Positions 1 to 8,088 of a stretch of 17,240 nt of DNA are shown here, piece by piece. The stretch is from a virus. Taxonomy: Duplodnaviria; Heunggongvirae; Uroviricota; Caudoviricetes. How positions within the stretch are numbered: position 1 is the stretch's first letter; every line of letters begins with the position of its first letter. Below the pieces are notes generated by a model, which made no database searches, was not told the DNA's origin, and was given only the letters and a program-made list of their open reading frames with translations. The DNA is taken from the IMG/VR virus record IMGVR_UViG_2671180674_000015, positions 1-17,240 of that record, one strand, 5' to 3'. Position numbers and translations under genes: made by a program.

Positions 1-360
1 GCCGTCCTGTTCCTGAGACAATACGGCACGACCACTGGCGGGCTTGCCCTTAATCGTCCAGCCACGCATATCAGGGATCACGCCTGACGGATAAGCAACT
101 GCAAGTTTCGGGTATGCAGATTTGTCAAAAGTCTGCCCCTGCATCAGGGCATAGCCAGACGGAACGGTATCTGATGGCCACGGGATTGGTGCGCCGACTG
201 GATAAAACTCTGCAGGAGGATGAGCCGAGGTGTAAAGCTGCGCCCACGGCGACCAGTTTGCGTCGATCGTATCCCGTCGTGAACGAATAAATGCCGGAGC
301 ATGAGCACCGCTTGTACCACTCCAGCCGATGAGTAACTCACCTTCGCCAACGGCTGTCAT
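1..360 (-). CDS. Phage side tail fibre protein, C-terminal region (tail-collar-like motif); probably a 5'-truncated remnant, 3' end beyond window start
   Basis: Minus-strand frame from ATG at 360 reads [24 protein letters not shown]...[52 protein letters not shown], with the tail-fibre collar motif YPxL...PDMRGW. The frame stays open upstream to a stop at 457-459. It is absent from the ORF track because it runs off the window. Confidence 0.5.
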   Translation of the reverse strand, partial: MTAVGEGELLIGWSGTSGAHAPAFIRSRRDTIDANWSPWAQLYTSAHPPAEFYPVGAPIPWPSDTVPSGYALMQGQTFDKSAYPKLAVAYPSGVIPDMRGWTIKGKPASGRAVLSQEQDG

Positions 361-452
361 CCCTTTCAGGTGAATGATATTTCCATACGCTGTTGGATAT
401 CCGTTGTTATACACCTCGTATAAATAGTTTGAATGATTAGCAGTTATGGTGA

Positions 453-659
453 TCAGTCAACCACCAGGGAATAATCCTTCATATTATTATCGTGCTTCAC
501 CAACGCTGCCTCAATTGCTCTGAATGCTTCCAGAGACACCTTATGTTCTATACATGCAATTACAACATCAGGGTAACTCATAGAAATGGTGCTATTAAGC
601 ATATTTTTTACACGAATCAGATCCACGGAGGGATCATCAGCAGATTGTTCTTTATTCAT
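453..659 (-). CDS. ybcW: Small prophage protein of unknown function, DLP12 YbcW-like (68 aa)
   Basis: 68-aa ORF with ATG start, divergent from the ybcV-like gene and adjacent to bor, as in DLP12. Identification is from memory of the DLP12 gene order and size. Confidence 0.55.
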
Positions 660-944
660 TTTGTCGCTCCATGCGCTTGCTCTTCATCTAGCGGTTAAAA
701 TATTACTTCAAATCTTTCTGTATGAAGATTTGAGCACGTTGGCCTTACATACATCTGTCGGTTGTATTTCCCTCCAGAATGCCAGCAGGACCGCACTTTG
801 TTACGCAACCAATACTATTAAGTGAAAACATTCCTAATATTTGACATAAATCATCAACAAAACACAAAGAGGTCAGACCAGATTGAAACGATAAAAACGA
901 TAATGCAAACTACGCGCCCTCGTATCACATGGAAGGTTTTACCA

Positions 945-1355
945 ATGGCTCAGGTTGCCATTTTTAAAGAAATATTCGATCAAGTGCGAAAAGATTTAAA
1001 CTGTGAATTGTTTTATTCTGAACTAAAACGTCACAACGTCTCACATTATATTTACTATCTAGCCACAGATAATATTCACATCGTGTTAGAAAACGATAAC
1101 ACCGTGTTAATAAAAGGACTTAAAAAGGTTGTAAATGTTAAATTCTCAAGAAACACGCATCTTATAGAAACGTCCTATGATAGGTTGAAATCAAGAGAAA
1201 TCACATTTCAGCAATACAGGGAAAATCTTGCTAAAGCAGGAGTTTTCCGATGGGTTACAAATATCCATGAACATAAAAGATATTACTATACCTTTGATAA
1301 TTCATTACTATTTACTGAGAGCATTCAGAACACTACACAAATCTTTCCACGCTAA
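945..1355 (+). CDS. ybcV: DUF1398-family prophage protein, YbcV-like (136 aa from ATG 945; alternative in-frame starts ATG 903, GTG 822)
   Basis: ORF 822-1355. ATG at 945 is preceded by GGAAGG and gives 136 aa. Position next to bor matches DLP12. Confidence 0.6.
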   Translation: MAQVAIFKEIFDQVRKDLNCELFYSELKRHNVSHYIYYLATDNIHIVLENDNTVLIKGLKKVVNVKFSRNTHLIETSYDRLKSREITFQQYRENLAKAGVFRWVTNIHEHKRYYYTFDNSLLFTESIQNTTQIFPR

Positions 1356-1645
1356 ATCATAACGTCCGGTTTCTTCCGTGTCAGCACCGGGGCGTTGGCA
1401 TAATGCAATACGTGTACGCGCTAAACCCTGTGTGCATCGTTTTTAATTATTCCCGGACACTCCCGCAGAGAAGTTCCCCGTCAGGGCTGTGGACATAGTT
1501 AATCCGGGAATACAATGACGATTCATCGCACCTGACATACATTAATAAATATTAACAATATGAAATTTCAACTCATTGTTTAGGGTTTGTTTAATTTTCT
1601 ACACATACGATTCTGCGAACTTCAAAAAGCATCGGGAATAACACC

Positions 1646-1939
1646 ATGAAAAAAATGCTACTCGCTACTGCGCTGGCCCTGCTTATTACAGGATGTGCTC
1701 AACAGACGTTTACTGTTCAAAACAAACCGGCAGCAGTAGCACCAAAGGAAACCATCACCCATCATTTCTTCGTTTCTGGAATTGGGCAGAAGAAAACTGT
1801 CGATGCAGCCAAAATTTGTGGCGGCGCAGAAAATGTTGTTAAAACAGAAACCCAGCAAACATTCGTAAATGGATTGCTCGGTTTTATTACTTTAGGCATT
1901 TATACTCCGCTGGAAGCGCGTGTGTATTGCTCACAATAA
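1646..1939 (+). CDS. bor: Bor outer-membrane lipoprotein (serum-resistance lysogenic conversion protein)
   Basis: 97 aa, signal peptide with lipobox LITGC. Lies opposite to and just downstream of Rz, as lambda bor does. Confidence 0.85.
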   Translation: MKKMLLATALALLITGCAQQTFTVQNKPAAVAPKETITHHFFVSGIGQKKTVDAAKICGGAENVVKTETQQTFVNGLLGFITLGIYTPLEARVYCSQ

Positions 1940-1970
1940 TTGCATGAGTTGCCCATCGATATGGGCAACT

Positions 1971-2432
1971 CTATCTGCACTGCTCATTAATATACTTCTG
2001 GGTTCCTTCCAGTTGTTTTTGCATAGTGATCAGCCTCTCTCTGAGGGTGAAATAATCCCGTTCAGCGGTGTCTGCCAGTCGGGGGGAGGCTGCATTATCC
2101 ACGCCGGAGGCGGTGGTGGCTTCACGCACTGACTGACAGACTGCTTTGATGTGCAACCGACGACGACCAGCGGCAACATCATCACGCAGAGCATCATTTT
2201 CAGCTTTAGCATCAGCTAACTCCTTCGTGTATTTTGCATCGAGCGCAGCAACATCACGCTGACGCATCTGCATGTCAGTAATTGCCGCGTTCGCCAGCTT
2301 CAGTTCTCTGGCATTTTTGTCGCGCTGGGCTTTGTAGGTAATGGCGTTATCACGGTAATGATTAACAGCCCATGACAGGTAGACGATGATGCAGATAACC
2401 AGAGCGGAGATAATCGCGGTTACTCTGTTCAT
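1971..2432 (-). CDS. Rz: Rz i-spanin (inner-membrane spanin subunit)
   Basis: 153 aa from ATG 2432, which overlaps the endolysin stop in an ATGA arrangement. N-terminal TM helix and coiled-coil-like sequence; closely matches lambda Rz as I recall it. Confidence 0.85.
   Translation of the reverse strand: MNRVTAIISALVICIIVYLSWAVNHYRDNAITYKAQRDKNARELKLANAAITDMQMRQRDVAALDAKYTKELADAKAENDALRDDVAAGRRRLHIKAVCQSVREATTASGVDNAASPRLADTAERDYFTLRERLITMQKQLEGTQKYINEQCR
2030..2212 (-). CDS. Rz1: Rz1 o-spanin lipoprotein, embedded in the +1 frame of Rz
   Basis: 60 aa, lipobox VVVGC, proline-rich (PPPPP), wholly nested inside Rz. Confidence 0.85.
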   Translation of the reverse strand: MLKLKMMLCVMMLPLVVVGCTSKQSVSQCVKPPPPPAWIMQPPPDWQTPLNGIISPSERG

Positions 2433-2926
2433 TGCTGACCCCACAAACAGATTTCACGCTCAATCTCACGACGAGTCATGAGACCTTTCCATTGCTTACC
2501 GCCAGCATATGTCCAGCGACGTAGCTGATCACATGCGCCTTTGATATCGCCCTGGTTTATTTTGCGAAGAAGCGTCGATGTTCTGAAATTGCCAGCACCC
2601 ACGTTGTAAACGAATGAGTAAAGAGCGCCGCGCGTTGTTTCCGGTATATCGACTTTGATGTACGGGTTAATTTGTCTGGCGACAGTGGCAAGGTCTTTAT
2701 TCAAGAGTGCTTTGCATTCTGCTTTGGTATACGTTTTACCGAGCATGATGTCTTTTCCGGTGTGTCCGTGACATACAGTCCATACGCCAACGATATCTTT
2801 GTATGGTACGTAGCTGACACCTTCCAGACCATCGTTACCACTTGGGCCAGTGATTAACACTGATGCTATAGCAATTGCTCCGCCACCAATAGCAGCAGCA
2901 ACGGCTTTTCGTAATGATGGAGGCAT
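2429..2926 (-). CDS. R: SAR endolysin (T4-lysozyme-like muramidase, phage 21 R-type)
   Basis: 165 aa. N-terminal Gly/Ala-rich signal-anchor-release segment [16 protein letters not shown], followed by an E...D...T catalytic triad pattern. Start overlaps the holin stop. Confidence 0.85.
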   Translation of the reverse strand: MPPSLRKAVAAAIGGGAIAIASVLITGPSGNDGLEGVSYVPYKDIVGVWTVCHGHTGKDIMLGKTYTKAECKALLNKDLATVARQINPYIKVDIPETTRGALYSFVYNVGAGNFRTSTLLRKINQGDIKGACDQLRRWTYAGGKQWKGLMTRREIEREICLWGQQ

Positions 2927-3141
2927 TATTCACCTCTCGCAGCCTTGCGCTTATCTTCTTTAATCTTGAAATAAAGGTTTGTCAGGTACGTCAGCAGGCC
3001 AAATACCAGGCTACCCAGCACACCTATTGCTGCCCACTGTGAGGGCGTGACTTTATCGAGCAGCTGTAAAAACCAGTACCCGGCACTACCTGCTGAGGTG
3101 CCATAGGCGACACCCGTTGTTAACTTATCCATGGATTTCAT
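2926..3141 (-). CDS. S: Class II holin / pinholin (S21-type) with dual start motif
   Basis: 71 aa, MKSMDK dual-start (Met1/Met4) giving antiholin and holin forms, two TM segments. Sits immediately upstream of the SAR endolysin. Confidence 0.85.
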
Positions 3142-3257
3142 AACCCCACCTCGCAGACAAAGCGGGTGTAAATTGAGGGAATACTACGAAACGTAACAGA
3201 CTCGGAGTCAGTGAATAACTCAGGTATTGGGTTATCAGCTAATATCGAGACTCAAAA

Positions 3258-3292
3258 AATGGAAAAACCCGCTCGACGGCGGGTTTAAGCTG
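3258..3292 (-). terminator. Intrinsic terminator on the minus strand just upstream of the holin gene
   Basis: Minus-strand read AAACCCGC-CGTCGA-GCGGGTTT followed by TTCCATTTTTTG. Confidence 0.5.
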
Positions 3293-3714
3293 TGTGACGA
3301 AGTAACCACTCTTAACAGCATAACCAATTTTTTACGTACGTAAACCACTAAATGATATTTGCGAGAATGCTACCGAGTATTGAAAACACCACTACAAATA
3401 CATAAGCAAATCTCAACAAATAACCAACAAATAATTTCCAGCGTTATTTTTAGTCAATTTAAATTGAACCTTCAAATTATAGAGCACTTATAAATAACAG
3501 CCATTAATATAAATTGGCTAATAGATTTATTTTTATTCAGTCAAGAGCCATGAATAGGATTCGATAGAAAAAAGTTCAGATAAAAATAGAGATCTACTTC
3601 ACAAATCAAACGAGAAACCAAAACTTACATCTTGAAATATTCACATTGATTAGATGAATATTTATCGCGCAGTGACATCATTTTTTAATAATAGTTCAAA
3701 AAAAAGGGCTCACG

Positions 3715-4797
3715 ATGAAAAAATTAACAGTGGCAATTTCTGCTGTAGCTGCATCAGTACTGATGGCGATGTCTGCTCAGGCAGCTGAAATTTATAATAA
3801 AGACAGTAACAAGCTGGATCTGTACGGGAAAGTTAATGCTAAGCACTACTTCTCCTCTAATGATGCAGATGATGGTGATACTACTTATGCCCGTCTTGGC
3901 TTCAAAGGTGAAACCCAAATCAACGATCAACTGACTGGTTTCGGTCAGTGGGAATATGAATTCAAAGGCAACCGCGCTGAATCTCAAGGTTCCTCCAAAG
4001 ATAAAACCCGTCTTGCCTTCGCTGGCCTGAAATTCGGTGACTACGGCTCCATCGATTACGGCCGTAACTACGGTGTAGCATACGACATCGGTGCATGGAC
4101 CGACGTTCTGCCAGAATTCGGTGGCGATACCTGGACCCAAACAGATGTATTCATGACTGGTCGCACCACAGGTGTTGCAACTTATCGTAACAACGACTTC
4201 TTTGGTCTGGTTGATGGCCTGAACTTTGCAGCTCAGTATCAGGGCAAAAATGACCGAAATGAAGTAACTGAAGCTAATGGCGATGGTTTCGGTTTCTCAA
4301 CTACTTATGAGTATGAAGGATTCGGCGTGGGTGCAACCTATGCTAAATCTGATCGCACTAATAATCAGGTTATCTACGGTAACAACGGTCTGAATGCTTC
4401 TGGTCAAAATGCTGAAGTATGGGCAGCTGGTCTGAAATATGATGCGAACAACATCTATCTGGCCACCACCTATTCTGAAACCCAGAACATGACTGTTTTT
4501 GGTAATAACCATATTGCCAACAAAGCACAAAACTTCGAAGCTGTTGCACAATATCAGTTCGACTTCGGCCTGCGTCCATCCGTTGCTTACCTGCATTCTA
4601 AAGGAAAAGACTTGGGTGTTTGGGGTGATCAGGACCTGGTTGAATATGTTGATGTAGGTGCAACCTATTACTTCAACAAAAATATGTCCACTTTTGTTGA
4701 CTACAAAATCAACCTGATTGATAAGAGCGATTTCACGAAAGCATCTGGCGTTGCTACCGATGATATCGTTGCTGTAGGTATGGTTTACCAGTTCTAA
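3715..4797 (+). CDS. nmpC: Outer-membrane general porin, OmpC/OmpF family (NmpC/Lc-like prophage porin moron)
   Basis: 360 aa, signal peptide ending AQA|AE, porin-type beta-barrel with C-terminal Phe (VGMVYQF). Located antisense between Q and the holin, as nmpC is in DLP12 and lc in PA-2. Confidence 0.8.
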   Translation: MKKLTVAISAVAASVLMAMSAQAAEIYNKDSNKLDLYGKVNAKHYFSSNDADDGDTTYARLGFKGETQINDQLTGFGQWEYEFKGNRAESQGSSKDKTRLAFAGLKFGDYGSIDYGRNYGVAYDIGAWTDVLPEFGGDTWTQTDVFMTGRTTGVATYRNNDFFGLVDGLNFAAQYQGKNDRNEVTEANGDGFGFSTTYEYEGFGVGATYAKSDRTNNQVIYGNNGLNASGQNAEVWAAGLKYDANNIYLATTYSETQNMTVFGNNHIANKAQNFEAVAQYQFDFGLRPSVAYLHSKGKDLGVWGDQDLVEYVDVGATYYFNKNMSTFVDYKINLIDKSDFTKASGVATDDIVAVGMVYQF

Positions 4798-4811
4798 TTT
4801 GATTACTAAAA

Positions 4812-4893
4812 GATATGTTGTGGGAGGCTTTGCCTCCCCAACATATAAGTGGCTCCCTCAAGCCACTTCCTTTAGAAGCACAACCTTGCTTCT
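4812..4893. other. Cluster of three tandem stem-loops between the porin and Q 3' ends
   Basis: H1 ATATGTTGTGGGAGGC/ttt/GCCTCCCCAACATAT, H2 AAGTGGCT/ccctca/AGCCACTT, H3 AGAAGC/acaacctt/GCTTCT. On the minus strand H1 is followed by CTTTT (tR'-like). Confidence 0.45.
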
Positions 4894-4933
4894 AACTATA
4901 TAAACCTTCTGTTATATATTACCCTTTATTTTT

Positions 4934-4968
4934 GGGGGCGTTTCAACGCCCCATTTTTAATAACTTTT
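4934..4968 (+). terminator. Probable intrinsic terminator downstream of the porin gene
   Basis: GGGGCG/tttcaa/CGCCCC followed by ATTTTTAATAACTTTT on the plus strand. Confidence 0.45.
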
Positions 4969-4985
4969 AGTAAATAATTGGCGTA

Positions 4986-5369
4986 TTAATTAGAGTTATT
5001 AACAACGATATCCATCTCTAACCGGATATCTAATGCCATTAACATCCCTTCAATTATGCCCTCAGCCTTTTGTAACCTTTTCCCGATATAACCATCAGAG
5101 CAGCAATGCTTACCTGCCAGTGACATGAATGTCATACCGACTATATAATAATCTACTAATAAATCGTGCAAATCGCTGTTGTTCTTTTTCAGACGGGCCA
5201 TGCACCCGCAAATGATCATCGCGTCATCGTCACAACATTGCGGGCGAGATTTTACTTTTGAAGGAATTAATCCCTTAAAACCGGCGGCAATGGACGACCA
5301 GGTCACATCTTCATGATTATTAGCCGCCCACGCTCCCCAACGCTCAAGAACCATCTGAATATCACGCAT
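4986..5369 (-). CDS. Q: Late-gene antiterminator Q (phage 82 / DLP12 QuuD-type)
   Basis: ATG at 5369 (MRDIQ...) preceded by GGAG. The track's longer form starts at a TTG. Cys-rich putative zinc-binding region [12 protein letters not shown]. Sits between ylcG and the late/lysis region. Confidence 0.75.
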   Translation of the reverse strand: MRDIQMVLERWGAWAANNHEDVTWSSIAAGFKGLIPSKVKSRPQCCDDDAMIICGCMARLKKNNSDLHDLLVDYYIVGMTFMSLAGKHCCSDGYIGKRLQKAEGIIEGMLMALDIRLEMDIVVNNSN

Positions 5370-5454
5370 CAACTTACTCCACAAAAATCAGACCAAAACG
5401 CCAATTACAAGCAAAAATCAACAAAACAGTATTAGTTGATTGTTATCTCTGACT

Positions 5455-5595
5455 TCATACTCCTGCTCCTGTCAGGGTTTTGGCGTAACTCTTCAGTATT
5501 CGGTAATCGGTCAAAACAGAACCGGGGAAACGATATAAGCGCAGGCGCACCCAGCGGCGGCGAAGACGTTCTGCCATATAAGACTCAAACATCAT
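5455..5595 (-). CDS. ylcG: Small protein YlcG-like (46 aa), start overlapping the stop of the upstream RusA-derived ORF
   Basis: Reads [46 protein letters not shown], which resembles DLP12 YlcG from memory. Below the ORF-track size cut-off. Confidence 0.55.
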   Translation of the reverse strand: MMFESYMAERLRRRWVRLRLYRFPGSVLTDYRILKSYAKTLTGAGV

Positions 5596-6395
5596 TCATC
5601 TCCCAGTTCAGTGATGGTCAGTTCCAGCCTCCCACCTTTGGTAACAGGCATCTTCACAACGCGGTAATCAACGACCTGAGCATCATCCAGCCAGAAACCT
5701 GCTTTGGTGAGTGCGTCAAAAGCGGCCTTTTGCAGATTATCCAGGTCACGGCGACGGCGATCCGGCATGTGGCTACCGCCCATGACAGGAAGTTGTTTTA
5801 CTGGTTCAGGGATCGCCTCACCACGGTTAATTCTCGCAGTCATATGGACAAGCTCATCTGCGGCCTTACGGCGTAATTCCGCATCAGTAAGCGCATTGGC
5901 CCGCATGTTCTGATACAGGTTGGTAACCAGCCAGTAGTGCGCGTTTGATTTCCACGGATAAGACTCCGCATCCGGATACAGGCCTCGCTTCCGGCAATAC
6001 TCGTAAACCATATCAACCAGCTCGCTGACGTTTGGCAGTCCGGCGATAACGGATGCTTCTTCCCGGCACCATGCAACAAACTGCCCGGGTGATGGCAGAA
6101 ATGGTCGATTCTGCCGACGGGCTACGCGCATTCCTGCGTTAACCTGTTCCATTGTGGTGATCCCGTTTTCCCGGAAAGCCAGAACCCACTGGCGGCGGAT
6201 TTCGTTCAGTTCGTTCTGGTCACGGTTAGCCAGACTCGCCGGGAAAGTTGCCAGTAACTGGCTGAACACACCGTTGATGATCTGCGCTACCTGCTGTACC
6301 TGCGGCTTTTCGTCGTACTGTTCCGGCATGTTGTTGGCGATCCGACTCATCTGCTCACGGTCAAAGTTAACCATCTGTGCGGCGATGTTTTTCAT
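5592..6395 (-). CDS. P: Replication protein P (N-terminal ~205 aa) fused in frame to the C-terminal ~60 aa of RusA Holliday-junction resolvase
   Basis: N-terminus [16 protein letters not shown]...[11 protein letters not shown] matches lambda P. The C-terminus [55 protein letters not shown] matches the RusA C-terminus. Junction near 5775. Confidence 0.75.
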   Translation of the reverse strand: MKNIAAQMVNFDREQMSRIANNMPEQYDEKPQVQQVAQIINGVFSQLLATFPASLANRDQNELNEIRRQWVLAFRENGITTMEQVNAGMRVARRQNRPFLPSPGQFVAWCREEASVIAGLPNVSELVDMVYEYCRKRGLYPDAESYPWKSNAHYWLVTNLYQNMRANALTDAELRRKAADELVHMTARINRGEAIPEPVKQLPVMGGSHMPDRRRRDLDNLQKAAFDALTKAGFWLDDAQVVDYRVVKMPVTKGGRLELTITELGDE

Positions 6396-7291
6396 AGATC
6401 CACCCCGTAAATCCAGTCTGTGTTTGTCAGGTCGAGTTTTGGTTTGCTGGCTGTCACGACTGCCTGTTGCTTGTTACGGTTGATTTCGAGCTGGGTCCAC
6501 TTGTCGCGGAGTTTGGCCGGGCTAAGCACGTTACCGGACCAGAAGTTGTCCTGGCATGCCCAGCGGAACAGCACGCACATGTCGCGGTGGTTACGTCCGT
6601 CACGTTCACGCATCAGGCGGATATCGTTAGCCCACCCTGCAAAATTCGGTTTTCTGGCTGATGGCGCGATGGTCTTCACCATGTCAAACATCCACTCTGC
6701 GGCGGTCAGGTCTTCTGCTGTCCCCCACTTGCTGCCGCTCTGAATTGCAGCATCCGGTTTCACCACAGAAAGGTCGTTTTCTGGCTGGTCAGAGGATTCG
6801 CCAGAATTCTCGGACGAATAATCTTTTCTTTTTTCTTTTGTAATAGTGTCTTTTGTGTCCCCCTGTTTTGAGGGATAGCAATCCCCCAATTTGAGGGATG
6901 TTTTATCCCTCGTTTTAGGGGATTTTCCCTCGTTTTGAGGGATACACCATTCTGAGATGTTTTTATTTGGTCCAAACATGCCGCCTTGCTGCTTGATAAT
7001 ATTCATTCTGACGAGTTCTAACTTGGCTTCATTGCACCGTTTGACAGGTAACTTTGTAATCTCGCTAAGTTGAGAATCGGTGATTCTGTCCATTGGTTTA
7101 TTCCACCCATAGGTTTTACGCAGAATGGCAAGCAGCACTTTAAACTGTCGCTTGGTCAGATCTGCGCCCGAATAAGCCTCAAGCAGCATATTTGATAGTC
7201 TGGCGTAACCATCATCGAGATCTGCCACATTACGCTCCTGTCCGGCAAAGTTACCTCTGCCGAAGTTGAGTATTTTTGCTGTATTTGTCAT
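6392..7291 (-). CDS. O: Replication initiator protein O (lambda-type)
   Basis: 299 aa; stop overlaps the P start (ATGA). Contains the iteron-encoding segment. Strong match to lambda O from memory. Confidence 0.9.
   Translation of the reverse strand: MTNTAKILNFGRGNFAGQERNVADLDDGYARLSNMLLEAYSGADLTKRQFKVLLAILRKTYGWNKPMDRITDSQLSEITKLPVKRCNEAKLELVRMNIIKQQGGMFGPNKNISEWCIPQNEGKSPKTRDKTSLKLGDCYPSKQGDTKDTITKEKRKDYSSENSGESSDQPENDLSVVKPDAAIQSGSKWGTAEDLTAAEWMFDMVKTIAPSARKPNFAGWANDIRLMRERDGRNHRDMCVLFRWACQDNFWSGNVLSPAKLRDKWTQLEINRNKQQAVVTASKPKLDLTNTDWIYGVDL
6806..6943. repeat. ori-lambda: four ~19-bp iterons plus adjacent AT-rich region, inside the O gene
   Basis: Direct repeats TCCCCCTGTTTTGAGGGAT, ATCCCCCAATTTGAGGGAT, ATCCCTCGTTTTAGGGGAT, TTCCCTCGTTTTGAGGGAT at 6857-6943, with an A/T tract at 6806-6856. 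Confidence 0.8.
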
Positions 7292-7301
7292 AATGACTCC
7301 T

Positions 7302-7378
7302 GTTGATAGATCCAGTAATGACCTCAGAACTCCATCTGGATTTGTTCAGAACGCTCGGTTGCCGCCGGGCGTTTTTTA
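7302..7378 (+). ncRNA. oop: OOP antisense RNA (antisense to the cII 3' end) with its intrinsic terminator
   Basis: Plus-strand GTTGATAGATCCAGTAATGACCTCAGAACTCCATCTGGATTTGTTCAGAACGCTCGGTTGCCGCCGGGCGTTTTTT matches my recall of lambda OOP. It overlaps the cII 3' end in antisense and ends in a hairpin plus T-run. Confidence 0.7.
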
Positions 7379-7620
7379 TTGGTGAGTCCATCAAGCGCAT
7401 ACTTAAAAGCCCTGCTAATCGGACTGATGTCTGATGCCATTCCGAAAGCACACAAGACCGAAGCAATAAATCTCCAGTCCGTTCTGCTTATCTTCGATTC
7501 ATGACAGCCAATCATCTTTGCCAGACCGCGCTGGGTAATAGCTGACAGATTGATAAGTAAATCTGTTTCTGCGCGATCAACGTCACGCTGTGATAGTTTG
7601 CTGTAACTTGTTCTTTCCAT
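7324..7620 (-). CDS. cII: CII transcriptional activator (mosaic: heterologous N-terminal part, lambda-like C-terminal tail)
   Basis: 98 aa. C-terminus LTNKKRPAATERSEQIQMEF matches lambda CII; the HTH region differs from lambda. Lies between cro and O. Confidence 0.75.
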   Translation of the reverse strand: MERTSYSKLSQRDVDRAETDLLINLSAITQRGLAKMIGCHESKISRTDWRFIASVLCAFGMASDISPISRAFKYALDGLTNKKRPAATERSEQIQMEF

Positions 7621-7705
7621 TTCTTAAGATTTCCAATAGTGAATAGTTAGTTGAAAGGTATGCGTGGAAACGCATATGGCCTTAGTTGGTCAGATATCTT
7701 GGAAC

Positions 7706-7751
7706 TCGCTTTTCAGCGACGTAGGACGAATGTCCGTTGTTACAAAGAGCG
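7706..7751 (-). promoter_or_regulatory. Putative nutR (boxA CGCTCTTTGTAACAA, intervening hairpin, boxB TCGCT-GAAA-AGCGA)
   Basis: Minus-strand boxA-like sequence 11 nt after the cro stop, then a 5-bp stem with GAAA loop. The same three-part layout recurs downstream of PL. Confidence 0.45.
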
Positions 7752-7761
7752 GATCCGCTTA

Positions 7762-7977
7762 TTAAGCGGCTTTGTGTTCCGGCGGGAACACGTCATCAAG
7801 ACTGACTTTTGCGCCTAACTTGTTTAGGCACGCAACAAGAGCACGGCATGTTTTAAGGTCTGGGAAGCGACGACCAGATTCCCAATGTCCGATAGCTCCC
7901 TGTGTGCATCCAACTGCCTTAGCAAGTGTTGTTTGAGAGATATTCAGTGACTCTCGATATTTTCGTAGGTTGCTCAT
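7762..7977 (-). CDS. cro: Cro-like HTH repressor (71 aa)
   Basis: ATG at 7977 preceded by GGAGGG. HTH segment QTTLAKAVGCTQGAIGHWESGRR. Divergent from cI across the operator region. The track's longer form overlaps the operators and was not used. Confidence 0.7.
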   Translation of the reverse strand: MSNLRKYRESLNISQTTLAKAVGCTQGAIGHWESGRRFPDLKTCRALVACLNKLGAKVSLDDVFPPEHKAA

Positions 7978-8088
7978 ATGCCCTCCATAGTAAACACGAA
8001 TAAAAAAATACAATATGTACTTTACGAATACAAGTAAAAATACATATTGTGCATGGATGGTTCCAGTACAAAGCGTAATAATAAGGAC
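7978..8088. promoter_or_regulatory. Divergent OR/PR/PRM region with three operator-like sites
   Basis: Sites at 8011-8022 (ACAATATGTACT), 8041-8052 (ATACATATTGTG) and 8066-8080 (AGTACAAAGCGTAAT) resemble the OL palindrome AGTACATATCGTACT. A -10-like TAATAT at 8077-8082 places a PRM start at about the cI ATG (leaderless). Confidence 0.5.

Noticed and set aside
144-350. 68-aa minus-strand ORF from the track
   Set aside because: It is out of frame with, and wholly inside, the tail-fibre-like reading frame that carries the recognisable collar motif. Its Arg/Ser-rich sequence looks like an alternate-frame artefact.
3300-3714. Possible tRNA or attachment site in the long AT-rich region upstream of the porin
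   Set aside because: No cloverleaf-compatible GC-rich stems or conserved T-loop (GTTCNANNC) motif seen; the composition fits an AT-rich promoter region.
3754-4596. Minus-strand ORFs antisense to the porin gene (3754-4140, 4297-4596, 4370-4579)
   Set aside because: They lie entirely within the well-supported porin CDS on the opposite strand, have no RBS and odd composition; likely chance ORFs.
5436-6743. Plus-strand ORFs antisense to P::RusA and O (5436-5876, 5704-5913, 6154-6483, 6420-6743, 6467-6661) and minus-strand 5840-6079
   Set aside because: They overlap strongly supported O and P coding sequence on the other strand or in another frame, and read as Arg/Ser/Cys-rich alternate-frame translations.
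6857-6943. Short direct repeats that could be mistaken for a CRISPR array
   Set aside because: Four ~19-bp imperfect repeats with no spacer-sized unique intervals, lying inside the O gene next to an AT-rich tract: these are the ori iterons.
8047-8088. Upstream extension of cI starting at ATG 8047
   Set aside because: It would begin inside the operator sites. The ATG at 8089 sits at the predicted leaderless PRM start, as in lambda.
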